Virus record (IMG/VR): IMGVR_UViG_3300021961_007606
Span: 7,708 to 71,707 of that record
Length of the DNA: 64,000 nt
Direction: 5' to 3' (one strand)
From: a virus
Position numbers and translations under genes: made by a program. The notes below the pieces were generated by a model that was not told where the DNA came from, did no database searches, and saw only the letters and a list, made by a program, of their open reading frames with translations. Positions 18,643 through 28,340 of this stretch are shown in pieces. Position 1 is the first letter of the stretch, and each line of letters begins with the position of its first letter.

Positions 18643-19953
18643 TTATTCTGTTTTTTTAAGTTTAGAAAGTTCAATTTTTTTAAGTTTAGGTAATTGTAAA
18701 CCTACTTGTTGAGGAAACTCTGGAATGCTTTTGTTTAGAATTTCTTCTAATTTTTTACTCATAGCATCCAGACTAAATTCGTTTTTAATAACTCGAGCTT
18801 GCTTTTTTCCTAAAACTTCATAGTTTTTATAGTCATCAAACACTGCTCGCAATACACTAGCTGCATATCCAAAATCTACACTCATCCACTGAGATTCTTG
18901 TAGAATTACATTCTCCCAAGCAGCAGATGGGTGTACATTAGTCAATTGTCCAGGTAGTAATACAGCTTCTTTTAAGAAATCAATATGACCTGACCAGTTT
19001 GTTGCTATAATAGGTTTTTGTGAAAGGCTAGCTTCTGCTAAAGGACGTCCATAACCTTCTCCTTTTGTAAGACTGACGTGAGCTTTGATCTTTGGGTGAT
19101 TATAAAGAGAGTTCATTTCTTCATCACTTAAATCACCGTGCAATAGATATATGTTAGGTAAGTTGTTAGAGCTTACAGAACCAACTATCTGTCGAATCTT
19201 ATTTAAGAGCTCATCGCGATCAATCGCACTAAAGTCTGCAGAAGATGTTTTTAGTATTAAAGCAGGTTGATTGTGAGAAGCTTTATTTTTAAACGCTTCT
19301 AAAAAGACTCTAATTAACCCTGAGATGTTTTTTCTATCTTCTCCAAATTCACCATTCAACCAATGGCCTACAAATAAGAATGCAAAGCTCTCTTTAATAC
19401 TTAACAATTCATCATTAATACTTTTATTAATTTCTTTTGTAGAATGATAAATATCTAAATCAACTCCTTCAAATAAAACTTCAATAGGCTTTATTAATTT
19501 GATTTCTCCTTCAGGTTGTTGAGTTTGTTGATTTTGTTTCATCCACACTGAGTGCTGTAAAACATTCTTTGAATGCTCAGAAGAGGTCAATACCAAATCC
19601 ATACGATTACAGCCTTCAATCCAAGGAGCAGAAGCTATAGTAGTTTCAATACCAGCTGTAATACCGATATTAAATTTACCTAATCGTTGAAACTCATTTG
19701 GAACTGTGATCTGAATAAAAATCTCAGGTTCTTTTTCTAGCTTTGGTTCTGTCAGCATACAGCTTAATATACCTTTATGCTTTTCGTTTTCAGGATCTAA
19801 AGCATTCATTGGAGTTGATCCCCAACGAGTGTTCCATATTTTTACATTATACTTACCTGATTTGATTAGGGAGTATGCAATGTCTCGTGATCGAGCTCCA
19901 TAACCTGATACGGTTGCTACTGGAGCCATTAATAATAGTGTTGGTTTACTCAT
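18643..19953 (-). CDS. glycosyltransferase family 4 (GT-B)
   Basis: SGYG, RKNI, KGEGYGRPLAEA (EX7E), TNWSGHIDF. Confidence 0.85.
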   Translation of the reverse strand: MSKPTLLLMAPVATVSGYGARSRDIAYSLIKSGKYNVKIWNTRWGSTPMNALDPENEKHKGILSCMLTEPKLEKEPEIFIQITVPNEFQRLGKFNIGITAGIETTIASAPWIEGCNRMDLVLTSSEHSKNVLQHSVWMKQNQQTQQPEGEIKLIKPIEVLFEGVDLDIYHSTKEINKSINDELLSIKESFAFLFVGHWLNGEFGEDRKNISGLIRVFLEAFKNKASHNQPALILKTSSADFSAIDRDELLNKIRQIVGSVSSNNLPNIYLLHGDLSDEEMNSLYNHPKIKAHVSLTKGEGYGRPLAEASLSQKPIIATNWSGHIDFLKEAVLLPGQLTNVHPSAAWENVILQESQWMSVDFGYAASVLRAVFDDYKNYEVLGKKQARVIKNEFSLDAMSKKLEEILNKSIPEFPQQVGLQLPKLKKIELSKLKKTE

Positions 19954-21437
19954 AACTGTATGCTTATTCCTGATTTTTTATTCTTAAATTTATCTATCTG
20001 CTTCTGTACATTATACAGATTAAATCTCTTTGGAGCAACCCAATTATCTAAGGTATTTTCTACTGCCTTAGTAAAACGCTTACACATTTGCTCAGCAGTT
20101 AAACCAGCTTCTTCAGACATAGCCCACTTACGACCAGCTAATCCGGCTTCTACTCGATCCTCCTCATTCATTATCCACCAATAGCGAATTGCATCAGCAA
20201 CATCTCGAATATCACAACGATCATCAAAGATGTATGGAGTAGGAATAGAACCTTGTAAGTTGATTGCTGCTGGAAAGACTGGTTTTGCCCATACTCCATG
20301 CTTTTTATATTTGCCAGCATGATTAGTCGCAAAGTCCTCATTAAACTCAATCCAATTACCTTTTTCATCTTCAAAGCGACACTGATCTTGCAAACCACCA
20401 GTCACATTGTTGATCAATACACGACCAGTCATTAAAGCCTCAGTACTACTTAATCCCCAACCTTCATTAGAAGCAATATTGATTACAGCATCACAGCAGT
20501 TGTATAGTGTGTTTAAGTCTTCTGTCGATAACCTTGTATCGGTAAAAGTAATCAAATGAGCTATGTCAGGACACACAACATCAATAACTGCATTGAGATC
20601 TGTACCATTTTCATCAACACGTTGTGTGTGCAATACAAATCTTACATCTGGTGTATTGATTTTTGGAAGACTATCGTAAAACAATTTGAAAGCTAAGATA
20701 GCATCAGAAGTCATTTTACGACGAATGTTACGGTTGTTGTAAAACAATACAAACTCAGGGTTAGCTCCATTGAAGAGTCTTTTTCGCATGAGTTGTACTT
20801 TTTCGTCTTGACGATCAATTGGAAAAAACCTTTCATGATTGATTCCGTGAGGTACATAGCAAGTTTTAGGTAAAGATTTACTAATCATTTCTTTTGGAGG
20901 ATTAGAATCCAAATCCACATAATTTCCTTTACCTAAAACAAGTTTACTAATGTTAACAGACTGCTTACTAATACCCATTAATAGATCACAGGATTCATAG
21001 TAAGGTCTGTTGTAGTGTGGAGCTGGAAGGTCATCCCATATATGATAGTAAAAGATTGGCATACGTTGCCGGATCTCAGAAGCCATTCTGTAAAGCCAGA
21101 TCCAATAACGAGGATCTGTAAAATGAACAATAGCATCAATTTTATGACGCTCAAGTATTAATCTAATTAAGTCAGGATCTCCATATCCATTATATGGATA
21201 AATTATAATACTAGCATCCTCAACACCAACTTCTTTACCAACATCAGCACTCACATCAATAACCTTTCCTGCATCTGGATGGTTTATACCCGCTCCAACG
21301 TGAACAAAGTTAAACTTATGAGCATTACCTACGATAAGCTCTCGTGTCATTGTACCAATTCCTGATGGTAATCTTAGATCATCAGCAAGAAACAGTATAG
21401 TCTTGCGATCTTCTTTTTTAATGTAACCTTCTTTCAT
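19950..21437 (-). CDS. glycosyltransferase family 4 (GT-B)
   Basis: YVPHGI, NRNIRRK, NEGWGLSSTEA (EX7E), TGGLQDQ. Confidence 0.85.
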   Translation of the reverse strand: MKEGYIKKEDRKTILFLADDLRLPSGIGTMTRELIVGNAHKFNFVHVGAGINHPDAGKVIDVSADVGKEVGVEDASIIIYPYNGYGDPDLIRLILERHKIDAIVHFTDPRYWIWLYRMASEIRQRMPIFYYHIWDDLPAPHYNRPYYESCDLLMGISKQSVNISKLVLGKGNYVDLDSNPPKEMISKSLPKTCYVPHGINHERFFPIDRQDEKVQLMRKRLFNGANPEFVLFYNNRNIRRKMTSDAILAFKLFYDSLPKINTPDVRFVLHTQRVDENGTDLNAVIDVVCPDIAHLITFTDTRLSTEDLNTLYNCCDAVINIASNEGWGLSSTEALMTGRVLINNVTGGLQDQCRFEDEKGNWIEFNEDFATNHAGKYKKHGVWAKPVFPAAINLQGSIPTPYIFDDRCDIRDVADAIRYWWIMNEEDRVEAGLAGRKWAMSEEAGLTAEQMCKRFTKAVENTLDNWVAPKRFNLYNVQKQIDKFKNKKSGISIQL

Positions 21438-21454
21438 ATTATTTTATATAACTT

Positions 21455-21483
21455 ACTATAAACTTTTTATTGCGTAAAAGCAA
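21455..21483 (-). promoter_or_regulatory. host-sigma-type promoter TTGCTT-N17-TATAGT for the glycan operon
   Basis: Same spacing as seven other intergenic copies. Confidence 0.6.
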
Positions 21484-22179
21484 TTATTTGGGTCGATTTC
21501 TGCAGTGTCTTTTACCAGTTAGGAATGGCTTTGGACATGAAGTTCCTTTAACATGGAAGTGACCGCATCTGCCACAGCAAGTGCTAGCTACTTCATTTAC
21601 ACTACCTTTAAGCAAATATCCAACAAGTCTGCCATCACTCATAAATCTTGATAACAAACTCTCTCCTACTTTAAAAATCTTGTCTGAATCTATTGGTTGT
21701 ATTATCATTATATCGGAACCAGCCATTACACCAAAACATGGACCTAAGTTTTTGTATTCAGGAAAATAGATTACATCAGATCCTGTATGTGTTGTATAAT
21801 TTTTAGCTTGCAGCTTTGTAATAAAGCTATCTGCTTTCACTCTTAACTGGGCGGCATCTGGTTTGGTATAGGGTTTTGCATAGCTAAACACTTTTATTAC
21901 GCCTTCACTTACACTATTATCACCACAAGTACCACAATCTTGATCAGGAGAGAACATATGGTTATCATACACAGCTCCAATGTAATCAGATGCTTTAGTA
22001 ATCTTGGCTTGTACCCAACCTTCTAAATCTTTAGGCTTTTCTTTTTCAAAATGATCAGCTAATTGACTAGCTCTGTGTGCTAATGATCTTAGATCGGTAA
22101 TGGCCATTTCTACTTCATGGTCATCTGTTTGACCAGTCATTTGCTGGTACAAGTCTTCTACTATCTTTTTTAATTTCAT
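21484..22179 (-). CDS. putative head-internal protein
   Basis: MKLKKIVE leader, LEGWVQAKITKASDYI block, VSE/VNE-separated segments, TATTTATA upstream. Confidence 0.6.
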   Translation of the reverse strand: MKLKKIVEDLYQQMTGQTDDHEVEMAITDLRSLAHRASQLADHFEKEKPKDLEGWVQAKITKASDYIGAVYDNHMFSPDQDCGTCGDNSVSEGVIKVFSYAKPYTKPDAAQLRVKADSFITKLQAKNYTTHTGSDVIYFPEYKNLGPCFGVMAGSDIMIIQPIDSDKIFKVGESLLSRFMSDGRLVGYLLKGSVNEVASTCCGRCGHFHVKGTSCPKPFLTGKRHCRNRPK

Positions 22180-22183
22180 TTTA

Positions 22184-22191
22184 TATAAATA
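22184..22191 (-). promoter_or_regulatory. phage-specific (putative late) promoter TATTTATA
   Basis: 4 nt upstream of ATG; one of about 16 copies upstream of start codons. Confidence 0.65.
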
Positions 22192-22196
22192 TCTGA

Positions 22197-23141
22197 TTAT
22201 TTCTTTAAGTCTTTTATAAACCTCTTGAGGTACTTGTTGTATTCTCGGTTAAAATCAAATCCTGCAGGGTATTCATTAACTTCTACGTAAGGTATTATAT
22301 CATCTACACTATTAACCAAAGGAAAATCCTCTCCTGTACGTTTACTTTCTGCATTAGCTGCTTTATTATAAGCATCTACAATTCCTGCAAAGTATGGTTG
22401 AGCTTTTTTGATTTTATGTATAAAAAGTTCGTTTGGTTCCATTCTCCATGAATTAACAGAAACAGACCAATCCACATACGCTTCAAACGTCCCAGCTTTT
22501 GCTATTCGTATAGTTTCTTTTTCATCTACACCCCATATTATTTTTAAAAGCAATGGATTGATAATAAAATCTTTGTTTACTTTAGTAGCATATACTACTG
22601 CTACGTTATCTGTCCAATGACCTGTTTTACCTTGAAAAGTAAAAGCTTTTTTAGGATTTAGCGTCCATGACTGAGCGTCTCTGATAGGAGAGTATTGTAA
22701 ATTTTTAAAATGAAATACGTCTCTTCCAGCTATTCTCTCTGTAGTATATTTTTTGGTTTTAAATGCACTCTCTAAAGAGTCTTTTTTAATTGAAGTGCCT
22801 CGATAAACAATTTCACCTATTGGAGGTTGTAATAGCATTGGAAATTCTTTTGCTAATTGGTCTAGTAAACCTTTATTCTTTTTGAAGTATTCAGCGGTTG
22901 CATTGTCTGATTGATTTAACCAATCAGTGATTTTGATGTATAAATCATCTTCCCATTTTGTATTAGGTTCTGCTACATCAGCTCCTCTAGGAATTTTAGC
23001 TCCTTGAACCTTTGCTAAAGAATCTCCGCTGCGACCCGTGGTACCTCCTAAAAAGACATTACCAACCTTTTTTTGTAAATCTGGTGTAAGCTTTTCTTTA
23101 AGCTGTCGTATTTCTTTTAAAACTTGCTCTGGAGATTTCAT
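22197..23141 (-). CDS. putative ADP-ribosyltransferase (R-S-E class, Alt/Mod-like)
   Basis: IVYRGT ... QSWT...A..F ... EKE catalytic pattern. Confidence 0.6.
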   Translation of the reverse strand: MKSPEQVLKEIRQLKEKLTPDLQKKVGNVFLGGTTGRSGDSLAKVQGAKIPRGADVAEPNTKWEDDLYIKITDWLNQSDNATAEYFKKNKGLLDQLAKEFPMLLQPPIGEIVYRGTSIKKDSLESAFKTKKYTTERIAGRDVFHFKNLQYSPIRDAQSWTLNPKKAFTFQGKTGHWTDNVAVVYATKVNKDFIINPLLLKIIWGVDEKETIRIAKAGTFEAYVDWSVSVNSWRMEPNELFIHKIKKAQPYFAGIVDAYNKAANAESKRTGEDFPLVNSVDDIIPYVEVNEYPAGFDFNREYNKYLKRFIKDLKK

Positions 23142-23876
23142 TTATGCCTCTGTTCCAAATTCCCATTGGTTACCACCCTTGTGATAAGCATTTTCTATAT
23201 TAGGCAACATTCTACCTACTCCTCCAGTAAATTGAAAGTCGTGATAAGCATCAATAAACTCATTTTCATCTTTCAGAGGATTTACAAACTCAATAGACAA
23301 AGTAGGTCCAGCGTTTATGTTGTTGTATGTTTCTATTTTTTTAACAGGAAAGCCTAATGATTTGAATATTTTTGCTAATGCTGTTACTTTGAAAGTTTTG
23401 ATAGGTTTTACTGATCCATAACCTTCTTGCAATCCTTCATGTTTCTTGAGCTCATTGTATAGTTTGTCATACAAACCCTTTATTGTCATAAAATCTTTAT
23501 CGTCAACTACATCAGACAATCTATCCATATATCTTTTAAAGTCTGGAGCTGCCAACAAGCTCAGCATATTTGATGCTGGATTTTCATTGACTTCTTGTAA
23601 TCCTTCTACATAAGGACCTAATATGTTCTCAATTTCGTCATCATCAAATCCAAATTGACCAAGAATTTCCATTACATCAGTCCAACTGGTAGATTTTTTT
23701 ATATCTTCCATAGCTGCCAATACAGTGTTTACCTCTTCGTCACCCGTACTTTGAGCAGCCTTTAAATGACCTGCCAATGCTTTTATAGCATTGATTTTGG
23801 ATTTTTTGGATAAAGATTCCTTCAATACTGATTGAATCTCTTCTTTAATGATTTTTACTAGTTGTGATTTTTTCAT
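23142..23876 (-). CDS. putative head-internal protein with KxIxEEI leader
   Basis: MKKSQLVKIIKEEIQSVLKE; internal EGLQE twice. Confidence 0.6.
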   Translation of the reverse strand: MKKSQLVKIIKEEIQSVLKESLSKKSKINAIKALAGHLKAAQSTGDEEVNTVLAAMEDIKKSTSWTDVMEILGQFGFDDDEIENILGPYVEGLQEVNENPASNMLSLLAAPDFKRYMDRLSDVVDDKDFMTIKGLYDKLYNELKKHEGLQEGYGSVKPIKTFKVTALAKIFKSLGFPVKKIETYNNINAGPTLSIEFVNPLKDENEFIDAYHDFQFTGGVGRMLPNIENAYHKGGNQWEFGTEA

Positions 23877-24274
23877 TTGTTTCCGTACTTTTTATTATCA
23901 GTCCAATCTCTAAAAAGCATATTACCTCTCTTGTAGGCATCCTCTTCTAGTTTTCTCATATGAGGATTGTTTTGTGCATACTTAGGATCATTACCTTCTC
24001 CCATCTTGTCTGGAGTCATTAATCCTGATAGATTTTGGTTGTGATGGATAAGCTCATGAGCATAGCTTCTAAGAATATCTTTCATATGCCTACCATGTGT
24101 AAAAAGAACTATAACCTTGTCTGTAGGGTCATAGTATCCAGTAGTGTTAAATAAAGTATTTCCAGTCTGAGGTTGCTTGTTTAGCATTACACTCGGAAAT
24201 GGATAAACATCAACACCACACTCTTGCATGTATTGAGCAATTTCAGCCAAATGCTTTTTAAAGGACTTGTCCAT
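23873..24274 (-). CDS. zincin-like metallopeptidase-motif protein
   Basis: AHELIHH..Q and downstream E..AY. Confidence 0.65.
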   Translation of the reverse strand: MDKSFKKHLAEIAQYMQECGVDVYPFPSVMLNKQPQTGNTLFNTTGYYDPTDKVIVLFTHGRHMKDILRSYAHELIHHNQNLSGLMTPDKMGEGNDPKYAQNNPHMRKLEEDAYKRGNMLFRDWTDNKKYGNK

Positions 24275-24290
24275 TTAGTATAAATATACT

Positions 24291-24710
24291 CTAACTAACG
24301 ATTACAGCTTGTTTTTTAAGTTTTGTAAGTTGCTTAATCAAGTTTAATACTTTTTTATCTTGGGTATTTGTATCATCAAACACAATACATTTATGTATGT
24401 ATTGCCCAAATATCTTTACTTGTTGATGAAAATTTCTTGGATGATACGGCTTATTGTAATAAGCTTCTGTCATTAAGGAGTATAAGCTTTTTGGTGTATG
24501 AGCTGGATTCATTTCCTGGTATTCATAACCAAACTCTAAAGCAAACTTCTTTACATGCTTATCAGCACCATCTTTGTCTCCCAATCCAACTATAACAATC
24601 TGATCTGTAGTTTGCTCTTTTAGCTTATGAATAAGTGATTTAATCTTAATCTTATTCTCATATGTTTTGGATCCCGTTATCCCTATTAAGATTTTGTTCA
24701 TATAACTCAT
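24291..24710 (-). CDS. SLOG-family (YspA/DUF2493-like) protein
   Basis: IGITGSKTY...IVIVG.G...GAD...KFA. Confidence 0.6.
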   Translation of the reverse strand: MSYMNKILIGITGSKTYENKIKIKSLIHKLKEQTTDQIVIVGLGDKDGADKHVKKFALEFGYEYQEMNPAHTPKSLYSLMTEAYYNKPYHPRNFHQQVKIFGQYIHKCIVFDDTNTQDKKVLNLIKQLTKLKKQAVIVS

Positions 24711-25131
24711 ATATTGTGTTGCCCATTAGGTTTTGTACATGGCCTGGCTCAAAAGAGGGCCATCTCCATCCAGCTTCCCATCCTTCTTCTTCAAAGTATC
24801 GCACTACTCGTAACCATTTGTTACGCCAATAATCTCTTGGATAAACATCTTCCCAACTCATCAACTCTTTATCAAACAATAAACAAAAGTCTAAAGCCAT
24901 TCCATAGTTGTGAGCACTATAGCCACCTCTACTTGCAGTAAGTATGTTTCCAGGTATAGTTCTACCAAACCTAAACATAAAATCTTGTTCAGCAACACTT
25001 CGACTACCCCAAACTATGTACACAGGAATTTTATCCTTATGACACCTTTCAAATACTTTTGTTGCTGAAGAAATCAACTTTGGAGTGAGTGTGTTGATTC
25101 TTTGCATCGACACATCCAAAAACCTACTCAT
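24658..25131 (-). CDS. M15-family peptidase (L-Ala-D-Glu endolysin)
   Basis: RS..EQ, SAHNYGMALDF, W..G.RW, EPGHVQ. Confidence 0.85.
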   Translation of the reverse strand: MSRFLDVSMQRINTLTPKLISSATKVFERCHKDKIPVYIVWGSRSVAEQDFMFRFGRTIPGNILTASRGGYSAHNYGMALDFCLLFDKELMSWEDVYPRDYWRNKWLRVVRYFEEEGWEAGWRWPSFEPGHVQNLMGNTIYELYEQNLNRDNGIQNI

Positions 25132-26026
25132 CTTTTACTTTTAATCTTTGTTTTTTAGCACAGTGTTGTTCTTCTGTCTTGTATGGACAATACTTACAAG
25201 CACTTGTTTCATATGCTGGAAAGTTTCCATCAACATTATACTCTCCTTCTGTTGTAAAGCAATTTTGTACAAATTCATGAAATAGTTTACCTACTTTGTT
25301 TCTAGTTGGCTTACCACTTGCTGGAGAGAATGTTTGTATACGTTTTGGTACAAATTCCAACTCTTCATTAATCTTTCTGCGTACAATAATATATTCAACA
25401 TTGATATGATCAACATCTACACCAAATTGCTTTGCATAAAACTCTTTGTATAGAATAAGCTGAGCTGTTTTAGATACATCAGCTTTTTGATACTTGTTCC
25501 AACCTTGAGTACTTGTTTTAATATCGTAAATAGTATATGTATTGTTTCGTTTATCTTTAATAATAATATCAATGAAACCAATAAAAGTAACATTGTTAAC
25601 CAAGTCTACACGTAATGGTTGTTCTATACCAATTAGTTCATGATGCTTGGTACTAAAGAATTGTACACGATGACGTCTAAAGTAATCTAAGATAGCTACA
25701 CCATCCTGATGAAACTCAGCAAGTTCTTGTGGTGTAGAAAAATGATGATTACCATTCTTAGTAAGAGCTTGTTTGTATTCATTAAACATACTCTCTTTTA
25801 GGTAATCACCTAAATGTATTTCGTCTGCCTTTTTAGCGGACTCAGTAAACATACAGTTTACGTAGTTTTGTACTGTGTGATGAAATGCGCTACCAAAACA
25901 CGTGTTAATGTTTTGCTCGTATTGACGTAAACCGTCCAAATAATCAAGCTTCCAGCGCTTAGGGCAAGTAGCATATAAGCTAAATTGCGAATATGAGACG
26001 GTTTTTGTTGCTTGTGTCTTTTCCAT
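25124..26026 (-). CDS. Cas4-like PD-(D/E)XK exonuclease
   Basis: SYSQ..Y..CP, FGSAFH, GFID, DIKTS, QL..Y, CKYCPY...C. Confidence 0.85.
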   Translation of the reverse strand: MEKTQATKTVSYSQFSLYATCPKRWKLDYLDGLRQYEQNINTCFGSAFHHTVQNYVNCMFTESAKKADEIHLGDYLKESMFNEYKQALTKNGNHHFSTPQELAEFHQDGVAILDYFRRHRVQFFSTKHHELIGIEQPLRVDLVNNVTFIGFIDIIIKDKRNNTYTIYDIKTSTQGWNKYQKADVSKTAQLILYKEFYAKQFGVDVDHINVEYIIVRRKINEELEFVPKRIQTFSPASGKPTRNKVGKLFHEFVQNCFTTEGEYNVDGNFPAYETSACKYCPYKTEEQHCAKKQRLKVKDE

Positions 26027-26032
26027 AATGGA

Positions 26033-26061
26033 AAGATACTCATAATTTTTGGATAAAACAA
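26033..26061 (-). promoter_or_regulatory. host-sigma-type promoter TTGTTT-N17-TATCTT
   Basis: Upstream of the Cas4-like gene; same spacing as other copies. Confidence 0.5.
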
Positions 26062-26066
26062 CAGTC

Positions 26067-26291
26067 TTAAAGTCCCTGGTTTTCTGGGAGAAAGTCTTTG
26101 TTTATGTGCCCACATTTTGTGCATGCAAAGGTTTGCACGGGAGTTAGCATTTCTTGGCCGGTTGGCGATATAAGAGGTGAAAACCTCCTAATTATGTAAT
26201 TCACAATAAAGCGGTCGTGACCACATTCATCACACTTATAGACTTCTGCTTGTGAAATATCTAAATTTGTATTTTGTTGCAATTGATTCAT
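26067..26291 (-). CDS. zinc-ribbon hypothetical protein
   Basis: CDECG...SPTGQE...CTKCGH. Confidence 0.7.
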   Translation of the reverse strand: MNQLQQNTNLDISQAEVYKCDECGHDRFIVNYIIRRFSPLISPTGQEMLTPVQTFACTKCGHINKDFLPENQGL

Positions 26292-26302
26292 AATGTAAAA
26301 CT

Positions 26303-26330
26303 AAAAGGAGGATAGCCGCAACTATCCTCC
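26303..26330 (-). terminator. intrinsic terminator after groEL
   Basis: Minus strand GGAGGATAG-TTGCGG-CTATCCTCC followed by TTTT. Confidence 0.75.
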
Positions 26331-26337
26331 GGTTCTT

Positions 26338-27969
26338 TTAGTATGGGTATGCTGGGGTCTTTTGTTCTTCTTTTTCTTCAGGATCAAGTGTTATGATACA
26401 TTCAGTGGTAAGAAGAGTACCGGCTGCGGAAGTTGCTAATTCAAGAGCTGTACGAGTTACTTTAGTTGGATCAATGATACCTACATCAAACATGTTTACA
26501 AACTTATCGTTGCGAGCATCGTAGCCAAAAGTCTCAGCTGATGGATTTTCTTTTTCAATCATATCAAGCTTAGTTTTAATTGCTTCAGCACTTTTGCCAG
26601 CATTCTCAACAATAGCTTTAAATGGAGCAAAGCAAGCTTTTTTTACAATGTTAACTCCTAATTGCTGATCTTCGTTTTCACATTCTACAGTTACATTGCT
26701 TACATTCAATAAGGCGATACCACCACCTGCTACAATACCTTCTTCAACTGCAGCACGAGTTGCATGCAAAGCATCATCTACACGATCTTTCTTTTCTTTA
26801 AGTTCAATCTCAGTAGCTGCTCCAATGTTTAACACAGCAACACCACCAATAAGTTTACTCATACGTTCTTTTAAGAACTGCTTTTCGTAATCACTATCAG
26901 CTTTTTCATATAAGCTCTTAATATCTTCAATACGAGCTTTGATAGCTTCAGGATCTCCAGCACCATCTACAATAATAGTTTCGTTTTGTGAAACAGTTAC
27001 TGTACGACAAGTACCTAACATCTCTACTGTTAATTTATCAAGCTTCATGGCTTTCTGAGCAGCAACTACTGTACCTTTGGTTAAGGTAGCAATATCTTCA
27101 AGATTATGAATCTTGCGATCACCAAATCCTGGAGCTTTGATTGCACATACATTCAAAATACCACGTGCTTTGTTTAATACCATAGTAGCCAATGCTTCAC
27201 CATCTACATCATCAGCAACAATAAGAAGTGGTTTGTTTTGCTTACTACAAGTTTCTAATAATGGAAGAATCTCTTTTACAGTAGAAATCTTGCGATCATA
27301 AATTAAGATCAAAGGATTTTCTAATGTAGTTGTCATTGTAGCTTGGTTTGTTGCAAAGTAAGGTGATAAAAATCCACGATCAATTTGCATACCCTCCACA
27401 ATCTCTAAAGTAGTTTCAGAGGTTTTACTTTCATCAACTTGAATAACACCATTCTTACCAACACTCTCCATAGCTTCTGCAATGATTGCACCAACTGCTG
27501 TATCATTGTTAGCTGAGATTGTTGCTACTTGTTTAATTTCTTCATTTGTTTTTACATCGCGACTTTCATTACGTAGGTTTTCAATAATAGCATTTGTAGC
27601 TTTATCCATACCACGTTTCAATTCAACTGGATTTACTCCAGAGTTGATTGCTTTTAGTCCTTCGTTATAAATGAAAGAAGCTAGTACTGTTGCTGTTGTA
27701 GTACCATCACCAGCCAACTTAGCAGCTTTCATGGACACTTCTTTAATAGCTTGAGCACCAGCATTCTCGATAGGGTCTTTAAGAAAAATCTCCTTTGCAA
27801 CACTTACACCATCTTTGGTGATAACTGGATTGCTGTTTTCTTTTTCTATTAATACATTACGTCCACAAGGTCCTAATGTGGCTTGTACAGCAGAAGCAAG
27901 TTTATTTACGCCATTGCGTACTTTATCTCGAGCTTCTGAACTAAAGGTTAGATTTTTTGTCTTATTCAT
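26338..27969 (-). CDS. groEL: chaperonin GroEL
   Basis: TLGPCGRNV, ITKDGVSVAKEI, GDGTTTATVLA, KAPGFGD, GIVAGGG. Confidence 0.95.
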   Translation of the reverse strand: MNKTKNLTFSSEARDKVRNGVNKLASAVQATLGPCGRNVLIEKENSNPVITKDGVSVAKEIFLKDPIENAGAQAIKEVSMKAAKLAGDGTTTATVLASFIYNEGLKAINSGVNPVELKRGMDKATNAIIENLRNESRDVKTNEEIKQVATISANNDTAVGAIIAEAMESVGKNGVIQVDESKTSETTLEIVEGMQIDRGFLSPYFATNQATMTTTLENPLILIYDRKISTVKEILPLLETCSKQNKPLLIVADDVDGEALATMVLNKARGILNVCAIKAPGFGDRKIHNLEDIATLTKGTVVAAQKAMKLDKLTVEMLGTCRTVTVSQNETIIVDGAGDPEAIKARIEDIKSLYEKADSDYEKQFLKERMSKLIGGVAVLNIGAATEIELKEKKDRVDDALHATRAAVEEGIVAGGGIALLNVSNVTVECENEDQQLGVNIVKKACFAPFKAIVENAGKSAEAIKTKLDMIEKENPSAETFGYDARNDKFVNMFDVGIIDPTKVTRTALELATSAAGTLLTTECIITLDPEEKEEQKTPAYPY

Positions 27970-27972
27970 AAC

Positions 27973-28266
27973 TTATTTTTTAATTCGGGTTAAAACATCA
28001 CGCTCTTGAATAATGTGGTAATCTTTACCATCATATTCCATAACTTGTGCTGCAAAACGTTGATAGACTACTAAGTCTCCTTCTTTGCAAGTAGTTTCAA
28101 TAAAAAGTCCTGGAGCTGCCCAGAATCCCTTTCCAGCAACTACTACCTTTGCTGTTAATGTTTTTTGATCATCGATCTGTGGTAAGATGATACCACCATC
28201 ACTCACTTCTTCCTGTTCTACAGGTAAGCATACTAATTTGTCACTAATTGGTTCGAATTGACTCAT
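27973..28266 (-). CDS. groES: co-chaperonin GroES
   Basis: PISDK...GGIILP...VVAGKG...EGD.V...ERDVL; adjacent to groEL. Confidence 0.9.
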   Translation of the reverse strand: MSQFEPISDKLVCLPVEQEEVSDGGIILPQIDDQKTLTAKVVVAGKGFWAAPGLFIETTCKEGDLVVYQRFAAQVMEYDGKDYHIIQERDVLTRIKK

Positions 28267-28303
28267 ACGTGTAACTTTGTTTGGTTAAATTATAACTGTT
28301 GTA

Positions 28304-28336
28304 TATAAATATAGGGAATAATAAAAAGATATGCAA
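28304..28336 (-). promoter_or_regulatory. overlapping TTGCAT-N17-TATATT promoter and TATTTATA motif upstream of groES
   Basis: Both motif classes present and nested. Confidence 0.6.
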
Positions 28337-28340
28337 CTAT

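Noticed and set aside
25124-26026. CRISPR-Cas system
   Set aside because: Solo Cas4-like nuclease; no repeat-spacer array or other cas genes seen
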